A DNA stretch of 64,000 nucleotides from Thermoanaerobaculia bacterium (GTDB lineage Bacteria; Acidobacteriota; Thermoanaerobaculia; Multivoradales; Multivoraceae). Each line of letters opens with the position of its first letter. Within the stretch, counting starts at the first letter, position 1. Where the stretch lies: positions 5,600,001 to 5,664,000 of the forward strand of contig OY761158.1 of NCBI GenBank assembly GCA_963664405.1, given 5' to 3'. The notes under the pieces are model-generated. The model did not search any database. It was given only the letters and a program-made list of their open reading frames with translations, and was not told where the DNA came from. Below, in pieces: positions 40,489 through 56,720 of this stretch. Made by a program: the position numbers and the translations under genes.

Positions 40489-42773
40489 CGGAGCTCTATC
40501 GCTCGCGCGATCAAAGCTTCGAGCTCTTCCACCTGAGCGGGGTGAGCGGCGCGCAGTGCGGGCTCTTGCAGTTGCGGCAGAAGCTCTTCGAGCCCAGCGT
40601 CTCGTGCCCAGTATGAGCCGCGCAGAATCTCGGCCAGCTCGGCGACCAGGACGGCGAGGCGGAGCGACGGCGAGGCTTCTCCCCAGGTTGCCGCGAGGTC
40701 GCGCTGGCGAATCGGCTGCTGGAGCTCGTGAGTGAGATTGTCAGTGGCACTCTCGTATCGGAGTGTGAGAGTGCCGAGTTGAGCTCGGCGCTGGGCAGCC
40801 GTCGCGAGCCTGAGCTCATAGACCGCACTGACTCTGTGCCCGGCACCTATTTCTCCGGCGTCGGTCGCGTCATTGCGAAAGAGACCGTCAACAATCGCTC
40901 GGTTCTCGTAGCCGAGCAGGCGGTAGCGAGAGACCACATCGCCATTCCATTCGACTTGCACCTTGGCATCTCTGGCGATCGTCTCGAGAGTACCGGTGAG
41001 CTTCTCGATGAGTACCCTTTCCGCTTCTCGCGGTGAATCGACGTAGTGATAGCTGCCGTTGCTTCGATCGGCGAGCTGCTCCATGAGGGCGTCGTTGTAG
41101 TTGCCCATACCGACGCCGATGGAGGTGATCTCGATGCCTTCCCGAACCGCGGCGTCGACACTGGCGAGAATTGCGTCGGCGGAGGTGGAGCCGACGTTCG
41201 CAACACCATCGGAGCAAAGCAGGATGCGGTTGATCCCGCCAGCTCTGAAGTTCCGTGCGACCAGCGCGTAAGCGATGCCGAGGCCCTCCGCCAGGTTGGT
41301 CGATCCGCTTGGGCGCAAGGTCGCCAGCGCGGTGTCGATGGCTAGGCTGTCCGATGTGGGCTCGAGTAGAACCTCGGCGCGATCCCGGTAGGTCACAATG
41401 CCGACGCGATCCGACGGTGTCAGCTGCGTGGCCATCTGCCTCAGAGCCTGCTTGATGACTCCGATCCGGTTGTCGCGAGCCATCGAGCCCGAGGCGTCGA
41501 TCAGGAAGACCAGGTTCGCGGGTCGCCGGTCGCTGGTGTCGATCTCCCTGGCTGCGATGCCCAGGCGCACCAGGCGGTATTGCTCGCCCTCACTAAAGGG
41601 ACTTGGGCTCCCTTCGACGCTAAGCGCGAAGTCGTCGCGTTTCGGTGAAGAGTCGCCGAAGTCGAAGTAGTTGAGGAACTCCTCGACCCGGATCGCCTCG
41701 TTCGGAGGCAAGGTGCCCGAGCGAAGATAGCTGCGGGCGAGAGTGAACGAGCCGGTATCGACGTCGAGTCCGAAGGTAGAGAGCCGATCGTCCTCGGTAT
41801 CGATGAAGGGGCTTACGCTGGTCGCGTCGAAGAACATGTCGGCCGGGATCGTCGCGCTCTCCGCCCTCTTGGGTGGGGGAACAGGCGGCGCGATCTCCGC
41901 GGGGCGTGGTGCATCCAAAGAGGCGCCTCGTGCGAGCGAAGCATCGGCGATCCGATCCATCTGCCGGGCGGGCGCCAGCGCTTCGAGCTTGTCGGCCAGG
42001 AACGCCCTTTGCTCTGCGCCTGATCCCTGAGCGGGGGCGCCACGTTGGAGACGACTCTCCATTTCGGGCTCCAGCCCTCTCAGCTTCTTCTGCTCGCTCA
42101 CGAGGGTGCGCAAGAGAAGGTCTCGCTCTTCTTGCGCGGGGCCCTGTGCTGGATCTCTCCGGGTCTCGTTATTTTGTTTCTCAGCGGCGGAGCGAAAGCG
42201 CGGCTCCTGTCGAACAGGTTCGAGATCTTCAGCGAGTGGCTCAGGTGAGCCCGGGGAGCCTGGCAGAGCGGATGCACGACTCTGAGCAAAGAGGTCGCTC
42301 GACTCCCGGTTGTCCGATTGCGACTCGGAGCCTTTGTGACGAATCTCAGACGATCGACTGCCCTCCGGATTCGTCGTCGCTGCTGTCGCCGAATGGTCCT
42401 CATCGAGAGAGCCTTTCGAAACGATGCGAGCTGACACCTCCAGAGGGATCTGCGCCTGAGCTCGTGGAGTTTCCAGTGGGGCGTCGAATCGCTCGGGTGC
42501 CATGACCGGTGCTCCCACGAGGTCGGTGGGGTCGCTCGAGAGGCGCTGAGAGACGAAGTACGCCGAGCCTAGAGTGAAGGTGATCGAGGCGGCGGCGAGC
42601 CAAGCCGAGCGAGAGCGCCAGTGCGAGGGGCTCGCACGATGGACCGGCCCTTCCTCTTCCGGGAAGAGCTCCGCGGGAATGTGCTTCTTGATACTGCTTG
42701 CGAGGCCCGGCGGAGGTGACGGAGCCTGGCGGCCCAGGGCGTCGGTGACGTCTTTGTCGGTTAGGTGTCTCAT
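40485..42773 (-). CDS. YfbK-like VWA protein with N-terminal anti-sigma-like/TM region
   Basis: STFGLDVDTGS, RVEEFLNYF, DASGSM, SDGVANVG, RYRLLGYENR, DAGEIGAGH; ATGA overlap with sigma gene. Confidence 0.8.
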   Translation of the reverse strand: MRHLTDKDVTDALGRQAPSPPPGLASSIKKHIPAELFPEEEGPVHRASPSHWRSRSAWLAAASITFTLGSAYFVSQRLSSDPTDLVGAPVMAPERFDAPLETPRAQAQIPLEVSARIVSKGSLDEDHSATAATTNPEGSRSSEIRHKGSESQSDNRESSDLFAQSRASALPGSPGSPEPLAEDLEPVRQEPRFRSAAEKQNNETRRDPAQGPAQEERDLLLRTLVSEQKKLRGLEPEMESRLQRGAPAQGSGAEQRAFLADKLEALAPARQMDRIADASLARGASLDAPRPAEIAPPVPPPKRAESATIPADMFFDATSVSPFIDTEDDRLSTFGLDVDTGSFTLARSYLRSGTLPPNEAIRVEEFLNYFDFGDSSPKRDDFALSVEGSPSPFSEGEQYRLVRLGIAAREIDTSDRRPANLVFLIDASGSMARDNRIGVIKQALRQMATQLTPSDRVGIVTYRDRAEVLLEPTSDSLAIDTALATLRPSGSTNLAEGLGIAYALVARNFRAGGINRILLCSDGVANVGSTSADAILASVDAAVREGIEITSIGVGMGNYNDALMEQLADRSNGSYHYVDSPREAERVLIEKLTGTLETIARDAKVQVEWNGDVVSRYRLLGYENRAIVDGLFRNDATDAGEIGAGHRVSAVYELRLATAAQRRAQLGTLTLRYESATDNLTHELQQPIRQRDLAATWGEASPSLRLAVLVAELAEILRGSYWARDAGLEELLPQLQEPALRAAHPAQVEELEALIARAIELR

Positions 42774-43366
42774 GATGATGGATCCTCGCTGAGAGCCTGT
42801 CGCAGAAGCTCGACCGCGCGGCGCAGACGTTTTCGAATAGCGACTTTGGTGATGCCTTCGTGGACGGCGATATCACGCACCGGCAGCTCTCCCCAGAAGC
42901 GAGCGGTCACACAGAAGCGCAGGTTCTCGGGCAGGGCCATGACCGCGCGCCGGAGTCGAGCCGCGTCCAGCCGTGCCCCCAGACCCGTGTCAGAAGGCGC
43001 CGGCAGCTCGAGATCCTCGACGTCGACCGAAGAGAAACGTTGAGGACGGCGTACGTGATTGAGGTAGGTGGTATAGGCAATGCGATACAGCCAGGTCCCG
43101 AAGCGCGAGCCGCCACGAAACCCGTCGAGCGCTTTCCAGGCGCGAGCGTAAGTCTCCTGAGTCAGGTCGGCCGCAGTGTCCGGATCGCCAGAGAGCCGCA
43201 CCAGGGTCCGAAACACCATCTCGTAGGTGTCCTCGACCAGCGCTTCTGCAGCCCCTCGATCGCCCTGACGCAACGCCTCGAGCAGCAGTGTCTCATCGTG
43301 GAAGGAACGAGCAGGAGGAAGAGAAACCGCGACTTCAGCATTGGGAAGCACTTCCATGGTGGCCAT
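42770..43366 (-). CDS. ECF RNA polymerase sigma factor
   Basis: AADLTQETYARAW, FGTWLYRIA, region 4 HTH. Confidence 0.88.
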   Translation of the reverse strand: MATMEVLPNAEVAVSLPPARSFHDETLLLEALRQGDRGAAEALVEDTYEMVFRTLVRLSGDPDTAADLTQETYARAWKALDGFRGGSRFGTWLYRIAYTTYLNHVRRPQRFSSVDVEDLELPAPSDTGLGARLDAARLRRAVMALPENLRFCVTARFWGELPVRDIAVHEGITKVAIRKRLRRAVELLRQALSEDPSS

Positions 43367-43397
43367 TGTTCTCTTAGACACCGAGATCTCTGCAGAG

Positions 43398-43425
43398 GAA
43401 ACCACATTTCTTCGTTTCGTGTTCC
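43398..43425 (-). promoter_or_regulatory. Putative autoregulatory ECF promoter GGAAC-N18-GTTTC
   Basis: Minus strand GGAACACGAAACGAAGAAATGTGGTTTC about 30 nt upstream of the sigma ATG. Confidence 0.5.
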
Positions 43426-43470
43426 TTCGTCTTTCTTCTGCGAGGCCTCCGCAGTCGGTCGTGGGGCGTC

Positions 43471-43577
43471 GGGGCCGGCCGGAAAAGGGGGCCTTGGGGC
43501 AGGGTGGGGATGCCGAAACCCGCTTGTAGAATTATGCTCCGCACCCCAGCCCCCAAGGCCCCCTTTTCCGGCCTGCG
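43471..43577 (+). repeat. Hairpin repeat family, copy B (shortened core)
   Basis: GGCCGGAAAAGGGGGCCTTGGGG...AATTATGCTCCGCA...CCCCAAGGCCCCCTTTTCCGGCC. Confidence 0.8.
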
Positions 43578-43920
43578 TCCTTGTGCCACCAAGGTCGATC
43601 TGGAGTTCCCCTGGTTTCGTAGATAGCTGATCAAGCCCGATAACGTGCTGGGAGCTGTCGATGTCAAGGCGACCCGGAAGAGCGTTCCCTCAGCACTAGG
43701 GCTGGATCGTATCGACGCGTCGCTCGCCGCGCTTCGAGCCGTTCTTAGTGGAGCCGTGGCCGATTGAGCAAGACGCCCCGGGGGGATTGTTGAACATGGC
43801 TCCAAAGTTAGCCCGGCGAGTACTTCAAGACGCTGCAACCTCCTGACGTCGATTCTTCAGGCGGCCTTCCACGTTCTACTGCCCAAGCGAGGCGTCGGCG
43901 AAGGCAGCCGCCATCGCAAG

Positions 43921-44066
43921 GTCGCAGGCCGCTTTCAGGGCGTCGGGGGGCCGGGCTGCGAAGCATAATTCTACAGGCTCAACTCCGCGTCCCAATCCAG
44001 ACTTCCGCCACCCGCGAAGCAGCCCGGCCCCCCGACGCCCCCTCGCGGCCGGCCCCTGCGACAACG
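43921..44066 (-). repeat. Hairpin repeat family, copy C
   Basis: 22-bp perfect IR GGGCGTCGGGGGGCCGGGCTGC, 42-nt core, AATTATGCTTCGCA on minus strand. Confidence 0.85.
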
Positions 44067-44086
44067 CCGGCCTGCCGAGCGTTTGC

Positions 44087-44299
44087 CTAGCGCTCGATTT
44101 CGATGTCGGGGACGAAGTTTTCTTCGGCGTCTTTGAAGATGATCACGGTTTGATCGATGGGGAGCATGACGCGGTGGGTGGAAGAACCGAAGCTGATGTT
44201 GACTTCGTAGAAGCGGTCGGCGATCTGGAGGAGGGCTCCCTCTTCTCCCTTCATTCCGATCGTCGAGTTGTGAACGAGGACAGTTGCGGGTAGGTCCAT
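44087..44299 (-). CDS. Small hypothetical protein (70 aa)
   Basis: ATG abuts upstream TAA; GGAGG RBS; protein-like composition. Confidence 0.6.
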   Translation of the reverse strand: MDLPATVLVHNSTIGMKGEEGALLQIADRFYEVNISFGSSTHRVMLPIDQTVIIFKDAEENFVPDIEIER

Positions 44300-45688
44300 T
44301 TAGTCCTCCAAAAGGCCGAGAGCGCGGTAGTCCTTGAGCTTCCGCTGAAGGGTTCGCAGTCCGATGCCGAGCGCTCTGGCGGCCTCGGCGCGCCTCCCCT
44401 TGGTTCGCTCCAGAGTCTCGAGTATGGCCTTGCGCTCGATCTCGGCCATGGTCCGCGGCTCGCCGAATTGAGTTTGCACCGGCGCTCCGTTGTGGCGTAA
44501 CGCGGTGGCCTCTCGAAAGTCCTCGGGCAGATCCGATGGCTTGATCTCGCCACCCGAGTGGAAGATCACGACGTTTTCGAGGACGTTGCGGAGCTCGCGA
44601 ACATTGCCAGGCCAGGCATGGCGACTGAGAGTATCCAAGACCTGAGTTCCAAGGTGTATCTCCGGCTTGCCGTGCTCTTCGCAAAAGGCCTTCAAGAAGT
44701 GCTCGCCAAGGGCCGGTAGGTCGGCGAGGCGATCGCGCAGGGGAGGGAGCGCCAAGGTGACAACTTTGAGCCGGTAGTAGAGGTCTTCTCGGAAGCGACC
44801 CTCTGAGACCTCTTCAGAGAGGTTGCGGTTGGTGGCGGCTACCAAGCGGAAGTCGACATCGATGACGTCGCTGCCACCCACTCGCATGATCTTTCTCTCT
44901 TCGAGAACCCTGAGTAGCTTGACCTGCAGCTTCGGGTAGAGCTCGCTGATCTCGTCTAGAAAGAGAGTGCCTTTGTGGGCGAGCTCGAAGCGGCCGATCT
45001 TGCGGGTGACCGCTCCTGTGAAAGAGCCGCGCTCGTGCCCGAAGAGCTCGCTCTCCAGGATGTCTCCGGGGATGGCACCGCAGTTCAGAGCGAGGAAACG
45101 TTCCTTGTGGCGGGCGTTTTGCTGATGAAGAGCGTGGGCGACCAGCTCTTTACCGGTGCCGCTCTCACCGGTGATGAGGACGGTGCTGCGAGTCGGGGCG
45201 ACGACTCGGATTTGTTCGAAGAGTCGCTCCATCGGCGCCGAAGTGCCGACGATGCTCTCGAAGCCGAAGCGCTTGTCGAGCATCTGGCGAAGCTCGGTGA
45301 CCTCTTCTTTGAGCTCTCGGTTCTCGAGGATGTTCTTGGCGCGCTGGCGCAGCTCGTAGAGGTCAACCGGCTTGGTGAGGTAGTCGTCGGCGCCGACGCG
45401 CATTGCCTCGACGGCGGATTCGATGGAGCCGAAGCCGGTAACAAGCATTACGCCTAGATCGAGATCTCGCTCGCGAACCGCGTTCAGAAAGTCGAGACCC
45501 GTCATGCCTGGCATCTTGATGTCGCAGACGGCGAGGCGGATGTTGCGCCGTGCGACTGCATATTCCAGCGCGTTCTCCGCGTCGTCGAAGGTACGGACAC
45601 CGAAGCCGGCCTTTTCGAGGGCCAGAGCCATCGATTCACGGGAGCCCGATTCGTCGTCGATGACGATGATGGAGGGAGGTTTCGACAC
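44300..45688 (-). CDS. Sigma54-dependent response regulator (NtrC/AtoC family)
   Basis: Receiver VIDDE...CDIKMPG; [37 protein letters not shown], Fis HTH; GTG start 45688. Confidence 0.92.
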   Translation of the reverse strand: MSKPPSIIVIDDESGSRESMALALEKAGFGVRTFDDAENALEYAVARRNIRLAVCDIKMPGMTGLDFLNAVRERDLDLGVMLVTGFGSIESAVEAMRVGADDYLTKPVDLYELRQRAKNILENRELKEEVTELRQMLDKRFGFESIVGTSAPMERLFEQIRVVAPTRSTVLITGESGTGKELVAHALHQQNARHKERFLALNCGAIPGDILESELFGHERGSFTGAVTRKIGRFELAHKGTLFLDEISELYPKLQVKLLRVLEERKIMRVGGSDVIDVDFRLVAATNRNLSEEVSEGRFREDLYYRLKVVTLALPPLRDRLADLPALGEHFLKAFCEEHGKPEIHLGTQVLDTLSRHAWPGNVRELRNVLENVVIFHSGGEIKPSDLPEDFREATALRHNGAPVQTQFGEPRTMAEIERKAILETLERTKGRRAEAARALGIGLRTLQRKLKDYRALGLLED

Positions 45689-45731
45689 GCCGTCGTGGAT
45701 TGTCGCAGAAATGACGATGGCTCGAGGTCTT

Positions 45732-46766
45732 TTAAAGGAGCCGGGGGAGCACGTCGTCGGTGAGGCGGATGAAGGTGCCGTGGCTGAGGGGGGCGCAGAG
45801 TAGGTACGACAGCGAGATCTCTTCCTCGAGTCGCGCCAGCTTGTCCGCGACCGCAGCCGGGGTGCCGAAAATGATGACGTTATCGAGGTAGCGTTGAGCG
45901 GCCCCCAACTCGTCGCTACGAGAGTTCGGTGACTCCGCCGCCGCTGCACGTGCCTGGGGTGATCGTAGGTCGGTGATCAAGTTCTTGAGATCTGGGTTCA
46001 GGTAGGAACCGAACATCCATTGAGCGCCGCGGGCGGCGATCGCCTCGGCCTCTTCGTCGGTATCGGCGATCGCCAAGAGACGCGCCATCGGCGTGTCACG
46101 CCCGTCGATGGAGAAGCCGTGCTTGTCGAGCTCTTCGGTATAGAACTCGAGCTTGTTACCCAGCTCTTGGTGCGACGAGTGGGGGTCGAGCATGATCGAG
46201 AAGCCGTGCGCGGCTGACCAGGAGATCGCTTCCACCGACGAGCTTGCCAGCCACACCGGCGGATGGGGCTTCTGTGCCGGCTTGGGCAGCACCTCGATGT
46301 CTTCGAAGTCGTAGTAGCGACCCTTGAACGTCAGTCGGTCCGACTTCCACGCTTCGAGCACGATCTCGACGTTCTCGTGGAAGAGCGGATAGCTGTCGTC
46401 CTTGGCGACGCCGAAGGCCTGGAACTCGACGCGGTCGAACCCCCTGCCCGCGCCCCAGTTGACGCGGCCCTCGGAGAGTACGTCGAGTAGGGCCACTTCT
46501 TCGGCTAAGCGCAGCGGGTGGTAGAACGCCGCCAAGGAGATTCCGGTACCGATGCGCAGGTTCTTTGTCCGCGCGGCAATATGAGTGCCCATCATGTGGA
46601 TCGAGGGACAGACGCTGTACGAGCTGAAGTGGTGCTCGGCGAGCCACACGGCGTCGTACCCCGTGCTGTCCATGATGTCGATGCGCTCAAAGGCCCGTTG
46701 ATAGACCGTTTCGAGCGGCACACGTCTCTCTGGCCAACTAAAGAACTGCAGGACCCCGATCTTCAT
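45732..46766 (-). CDS. LLM-class flavin-dependent oxidoreductase
   Basis: VWLAEHHF, HPLRLAEEVALLDVLSEGR, PKPAQKPHPP. Confidence 0.88.
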   Translation of the reverse strand: MKIGVLQFFSWPERRVPLETVYQRAFERIDIMDSTGYDAVWLAEHHFSSYSVCPSIHMMGTHIAARTKNLRIGTGISLAAFYHPLRLAEEVALLDVLSEGRVNWGAGRGFDRVEFQAFGVAKDDSYPLFHENVEIVLEAWKSDRLTFKGRYYDFEDIEVLPKPAQKPHPPVWLASSSVEAISWSAAHGFSIMLDPHSSHQELGNKLEFYTEELDKHGFSIDGRDTPMARLLAIADTDEEAEAIAARGAQWMFGSYLNPDLKNLITDLRSPQARAAAAESPNSRSDELGAAQRYLDNVIIFGTPAAVADKLARLEEEISLSYLLCAPLSHGTFIRLTDDVLPRLL

Positions 46767-47024
46767 CGTTCGTCACCCTCGCTTTCGAGTCTGTGAACAG
46801 TAACAGTGATGGTCGAAGATTAGGCTGCCTGTCCGCACTGGATATACGGGGCCCGGGAAGTCGACTCACCAGAGATCGGGTGGACCGATGCGACGTTTTT
46901 GTCGTAGATGCGGAGACGACGGACGTTTACGTTGCGCGTTGAAGGCGGTCCGCGCACGGTGGGTCTTCTCGTAAGTAATTTCAGAATAAGGACTTAGCTG
47001 CCTATACCTAGGTCGCCGCTTGGC

Positions 47025-47040
47025 TGGCACGAGCATTGCG
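47025..47040 (+). promoter_or_regulatory. Sigma54 -24/-12 promoter of amtB-glnK-glnA
   Basis: TGGCAC-GAGCA-TTGC, canonical spacing, about 90 nt upstream of amtB. Confidence 0.8.
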
Positions 47041-47131
47041 CTAAGGGGAAGAGCGTATCGAGGGAACTCGCGTCCGGCGTCTGCGAATCGGGTCTTCCGG
47101 AGCTCAAGCCAAAACATGAAAGGAATCTCTG

Positions 47132-48493
47132 ATGAAAACACGGGTGGCGTTTTGGGGCCTGCTTCTGGTCCTCCTTCTCTCTGCAGTGCCGCTGGCGGCG
47201 CAGGAAGAGAGTGCGGAGGAGGTGCTGCAGGGAAACCTCAATATCGTTTGGACTTGCATCGCTGCATTCATGGTGATGTTCATGCAGCCTGGTTTCGCAA
47301 TGCTCGAGGCCGGCTTCACGCAGGCCAAGAACGCGGTCAACATAATGATGAAGAATCTGATGGATTTTTCAGTGGGCTCGCTTGTGTTCTTTCTCGTCGG
47401 CTTCGGGCTGATGTTTGGAAGCACCGGAAACGGATGGATAGGTAGCGGCCTGTTCGGGCTCGAAGGGGTCACGGGCAGCGACTGGACGTTCACCTTCTGG
47501 ATTTTCCAGACCGTGTTTGCGGCGACGGCTGCGACGATCGTCTCCGGCGCCGTTGCCGAGCGGACGAAGTTCGTGGCCTACCTCGTATACAGCAGTGTCA
47601 TTTGTCTCTTCATCTACCCGCTCTTCGGAAAGTGGGCGTGGGGATCGCTTCTCCTCGGGGATGAAGGTGCCGGCTGGCTCGAGGGTTTAGGCTTCATCGA
47701 CTTTGCCGGCTCCACAGTGGTGCACTCGGTAGGCGGTTGGCTCGGGTTGGCAGGAGCCCTCGTCCTCGGTCCCCGCATCGGCAAGTATGGGCCCAAGAGA
47801 AGAACTCCGAAGGCGATCCCAGGGCACAACATTCCGTTGGCCGCATTGGGAGTTTTCATCCTCTGGTTCGGGTGGTTTGGCTTCAACTCGGGTAGTACCA
47901 CAACCGGCGACGGCGAGATCGGCCGTATCGCGGTGACCACTAATCTCGCGGCCGCCGCGGGCGCGGTAGCTGCGATGTTTCTAGCTTGGGCCCTGTTCAA
48001 GAAGCCCGATGCATCCATGACTATCAACGGCGCGATCGCCGGGTTGGTTTCGATCACTGCACCCTGTTACACGGTTACGCCCTGGGGCGCAGTTCTTATC
48101 GGCGCCTTGGGAGGAATGCTGGTAGTAGGGAGCGTGCTCTTCTTCGACCGGGTTCTGCATATCGACGATCCGGTGGGTGCGATCAGCGCCCACGGAGTGT
48201 GTGGTGCTTGGGGTACCTTGGCTTGTGGCATCTTCGGTGCCGAGGCGGTCCTCGGAATCGGCGATGCGAATACAGGTCTTCTCTATGGCGGCGGTCTCGG
48301 CCAGCTGGGAATCCAGCTGATCGGCATCGGTGTAGCTTTCGTGTGGGCGTTCGGCACCGGATTCGTTCTCTTCAAGACTCTCAAGGCCACTGTCGGCCTA
48401 CGGGTAACCGAGGAGGAAGAGATTCGCGGGCTGGACATCGGCGAACACGGCATGGAGGCCTACTCAGGCTTCCAGATCTTCAACACCCAGTAG
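47132..48493 (+). CDS. amtB: Ammonium transporter
   Basis: MQPGFAMLEAG, DFAGSTVVH, LWFGWFGFN, DDPVGAISAHG. Confidence 0.95.
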   Translation: MKTRVAFWGLLLVLLLSAVPLAAQEESAEEVLQGNLNIVWTCIAAFMVMFMQPGFAMLEAGFTQAKNAVNIMMKNLMDFSVGSLVFFLVGFGLMFGSTGNGWIGSGLFGLEGVTGSDWTFTFWIFQTVFAATAATIVSGAVAERTKFVAYLVYSSVICLFIYPLFGKWAWGSLLLGDEGAGWLEGLGFIDFAGSTVVHSVGGWLGLAGALVLGPRIGKYGPKRRTPKAIPGHNIPLAALGVFILWFGWFGFNSGSTTTGDGEIGRIAVTTNLAAAAGAVAAMFLAWALFKKPDASMTINGAIAGLVSITAPCYTVTPWGAVLIGALGGMLVVGSVLFFDRVLHIDDPVGAISAHGVCGAWGTLACGIFGAEAVLGIGDANTGLLYGGGLGQLGIQLIGIGVAFVWAFGTGFVLFKTLKATVGLRVTEEEEIRGLDIGEHGMEAYSGFQIFNTQ

Positions 48494-48506
48494 GAAGTAG
48501 GAAAGC

Positions 48507-48851
48507 ATGAAGCTGATTACATGCATGATTCAACCAGAACGCTTGCCGGCGGTGAAGCAGGCTCTCTACGACGCCAAGGTCTACCGGATGACGGTGAGTA
48601 ATGTGCTCGGCGCCGGCCGGCAGGGTGGGTACAGCGAGACCTACCGCGGAGTGCAGTACGAGATCAATCTACTCAAGAAGGTTCGTCTCGATATTGCGGT
48701 CAACCAGGACTTCGTGGAAACTACGGTCGAAGCGATAATCAAGGCGGCTCGTACGGGGAATATCGGCGATGGCAAGATCTTCGTGACCCCGCTGGAGGAG
48801 TGCATCCGCATTCGCACGGGCGAGCGAGGGCACGAGGCGATCGGAGAATGA
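48507..48851 (+). CDS. glnK: P-II nitrogen regulator
   Basis: [14 protein letters not shown]-loop, [18 protein letters not shown]; adjacent to amtB. Confidence 0.9.
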   Translation: MKLITCMIQPERLPAVKQALYDAKVYRMTVSNVLGAGRQGGYSETYRGVQYEINLLKKVRLDIAVNQDFVETTVEAIIKAARTGNIGDGKIFVTPLEECIRIRTGERGHEAIGE

Positions 48852-48932
48852 TCGCTGGCGGCGAGAGCCTGGTACATTACGAGCTTCCGAGTTCCAGATC
48901 ACAACCTAGAAACAGCAGAGGAGAGTGACGAA

Positions 48933-50345
48933 ATGACGGCGAAGGACTTCTTTGAGTTTGCGGAGAAGGAGGGAGCCGAGATGATCGACTTGAAGTTCGT
49001 CGATCTACTCGGTACCTGGCAGCACTGCAGTTACCCCACTGAGACGTGGGACGAGAGTACTTTTGAGGACGGGGTCGGCTTCGACGGCTCTTCGATCCGC
49101 GGTTGGCAGGACATCGATCAATCCGACATGCTGGCAATTCCTGACGCGGCTACGGCGAAGGTGGATCCCTTCTTCAGCGAGCCCACCGTCAGTGTAATTG
49201 CCGACATCTTCGACCCGTTGACGCGTGAGGCCTACGAGAAGGACCCGCGCAATATCGCTATCAAGGCGACGAAGTATCTGACCGCAACGGGAATCGCCGA
49301 TACCTGCCATGTTGGCCCTGAGCCTGAGTTCTTCATCTTTGACCACATCAGCTACGAGCAGACGCAGAACCGCGCGGCGTACGAGATCGATTCGATCGAG
49401 GGAGCTTGGAACACCGGCCGTAGCGAGGAGCCCAATCTCGGCTACATGTCCGCCTACAAGGGCGGTTACTTCCCCGTGAGCCCGACAGATAGCTACCACG
49501 ATCTTCGCGGCGAGATGGTCAATGTCATGCGTTCGTTGGGTATCGTCGTCGAAGCCCACCACCACGAGGTAGGAACAGGCGGTCAGGCAGAGATCGATAT
49601 GCAGTTTGAGCCGCTGCTGAAGATGTGTGATCAGTTCATGTGGTACAAGTACGTGGTCAAGAACATCGCCCTCAAGGCCGGGAAGACCGTTACCTTTATG
49701 GCGAAGCCCATATTCGAAGACAATGGCTCCGGCATGCACACGCACATGTCGCTATGGAAGGACGGAGTGCCTCTCTTCGCCGGAGATGGCTATGCCGGTC
49801 TCTCCGAGCTCGCCCTCCATGCGAGCGGCGGTTTGCTCGCGCATGCCCCGGCCTTGCTTGCCTTTGCGGCTCCGACTACGAACAGCTACAAGCGACTCGT
49901 GCCGGGGTTCGAGGCGCCGGTGAATCTCGCTATTAGCAAGCGCAACAGGTCGGCCGCCGTGCGCATTCCGATGTATTCGGAGAGCCCGAAGGCCAAGCGA
50001 CTCGAGTTTCGCTGTCCGGACCCGACGGCAAATGGCTATCTGGCATGGAGTGCCATGATGATGGCTCTCCTCGACGGCATCGAGAACAAGACTGATCCGG
50101 GCGATCCCTTGGACCGCAACATCTACGCCATGAGCGACGAGGAGTTGGCGGGCACCAATACGGTACCCGGCTCACTCGACGAGTCCTTACAAGCTCTCGA
50201 AGACGATCACGAATTCCTCACCAAGGGCGGGGTCTTCACCGAGGCGGTCATCGAGGCCTGGCTGTCCTGGAAGCGTGAGGAGGAGATCGCCGAGCTGGCT
50301 CAGCGTCCGCATCCGCACGAGTTCGCTCTGTATTACGACTCCTAG
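48933..50345 (+). CDS. glnA: Glutamine synthetase type I
   Basis: FDGSSI, GPEPEFF, HHHEV, KPIFEDNGSGMH, NSYKRLVPGFEAP. Confidence 0.97.
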   Translation: MTAKDFFEFAEKEGAEMIDLKFVDLLGTWQHCSYPTETWDESTFEDGVGFDGSSIRGWQDIDQSDMLAIPDAATAKVDPFFSEPTVSVIADIFDPLTREAYEKDPRNIAIKATKYLTATGIADTCHVGPEPEFFIFDHISYEQTQNRAAYEIDSIEGAWNTGRSEEPNLGYMSAYKGGYFPVSPTDSYHDLRGEMVNVMRSLGIVVEAHHHEVGTGGQAEIDMQFEPLLKMCDQFMWYKYVVKNIALKAGKTVTFMAKPIFEDNGSGMHTHMSLWKDGVPLFAGDGYAGLSELALHASGGLLAHAPALLAFAAPTTNSYKRLVPGFEAPVNLAISKRNRSAAVRIPMYSESPKAKRLEFRCPDPTANGYLAWSAMMMALLDGIENKTDPGDPLDRNIYAMSDEELAGTNTVPGSLDESLQALEDDHEFLTKGGVFTEAVIEAWLSWKREEEIAELAQRPHPHEFALYYDS

Positions 50346-50376
50346 AAGACGACGGTACACTTCCGTCTATTTTTTC

Positions 50377-50413
50377 CGGCCCTCTTCACTTTCTTGGTGG
50401 GGAGGGCCGTTTG
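50377..50413 (+). terminator. Probable terminator after glnA
   Basis: CGGCCCTCTTCACT/GGTGGGGAGGGCCG stem followed by TTTG. Confidence 0.55.
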
Positions 50414-50529
50414 TCATGAAGCTGTCACGTGGGCTCTCGAGCCCTTGCGGGGGTTAAGTGTGCATGGGAGCATCTCAAAAGACGAAACGAGGCGCACGCA
50501 GAACCGAGCACAAACGAGGGAGCACGACT

Positions 50530-56716
<6,187 letters not shown>

Positions 56717-56720
<4 letters not shown>

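Noticed and set aside
43578-43920. Possible gene or ncRNA between repeats B and C
   Set aside because: No ORF with RBS or recognisable motif, and no recognisable RNA fold
45689-45949. N-terminal extension of the response regulator ORF
   Set aside because: Overlaps the LLM gene; the receiver domain begins at 45688
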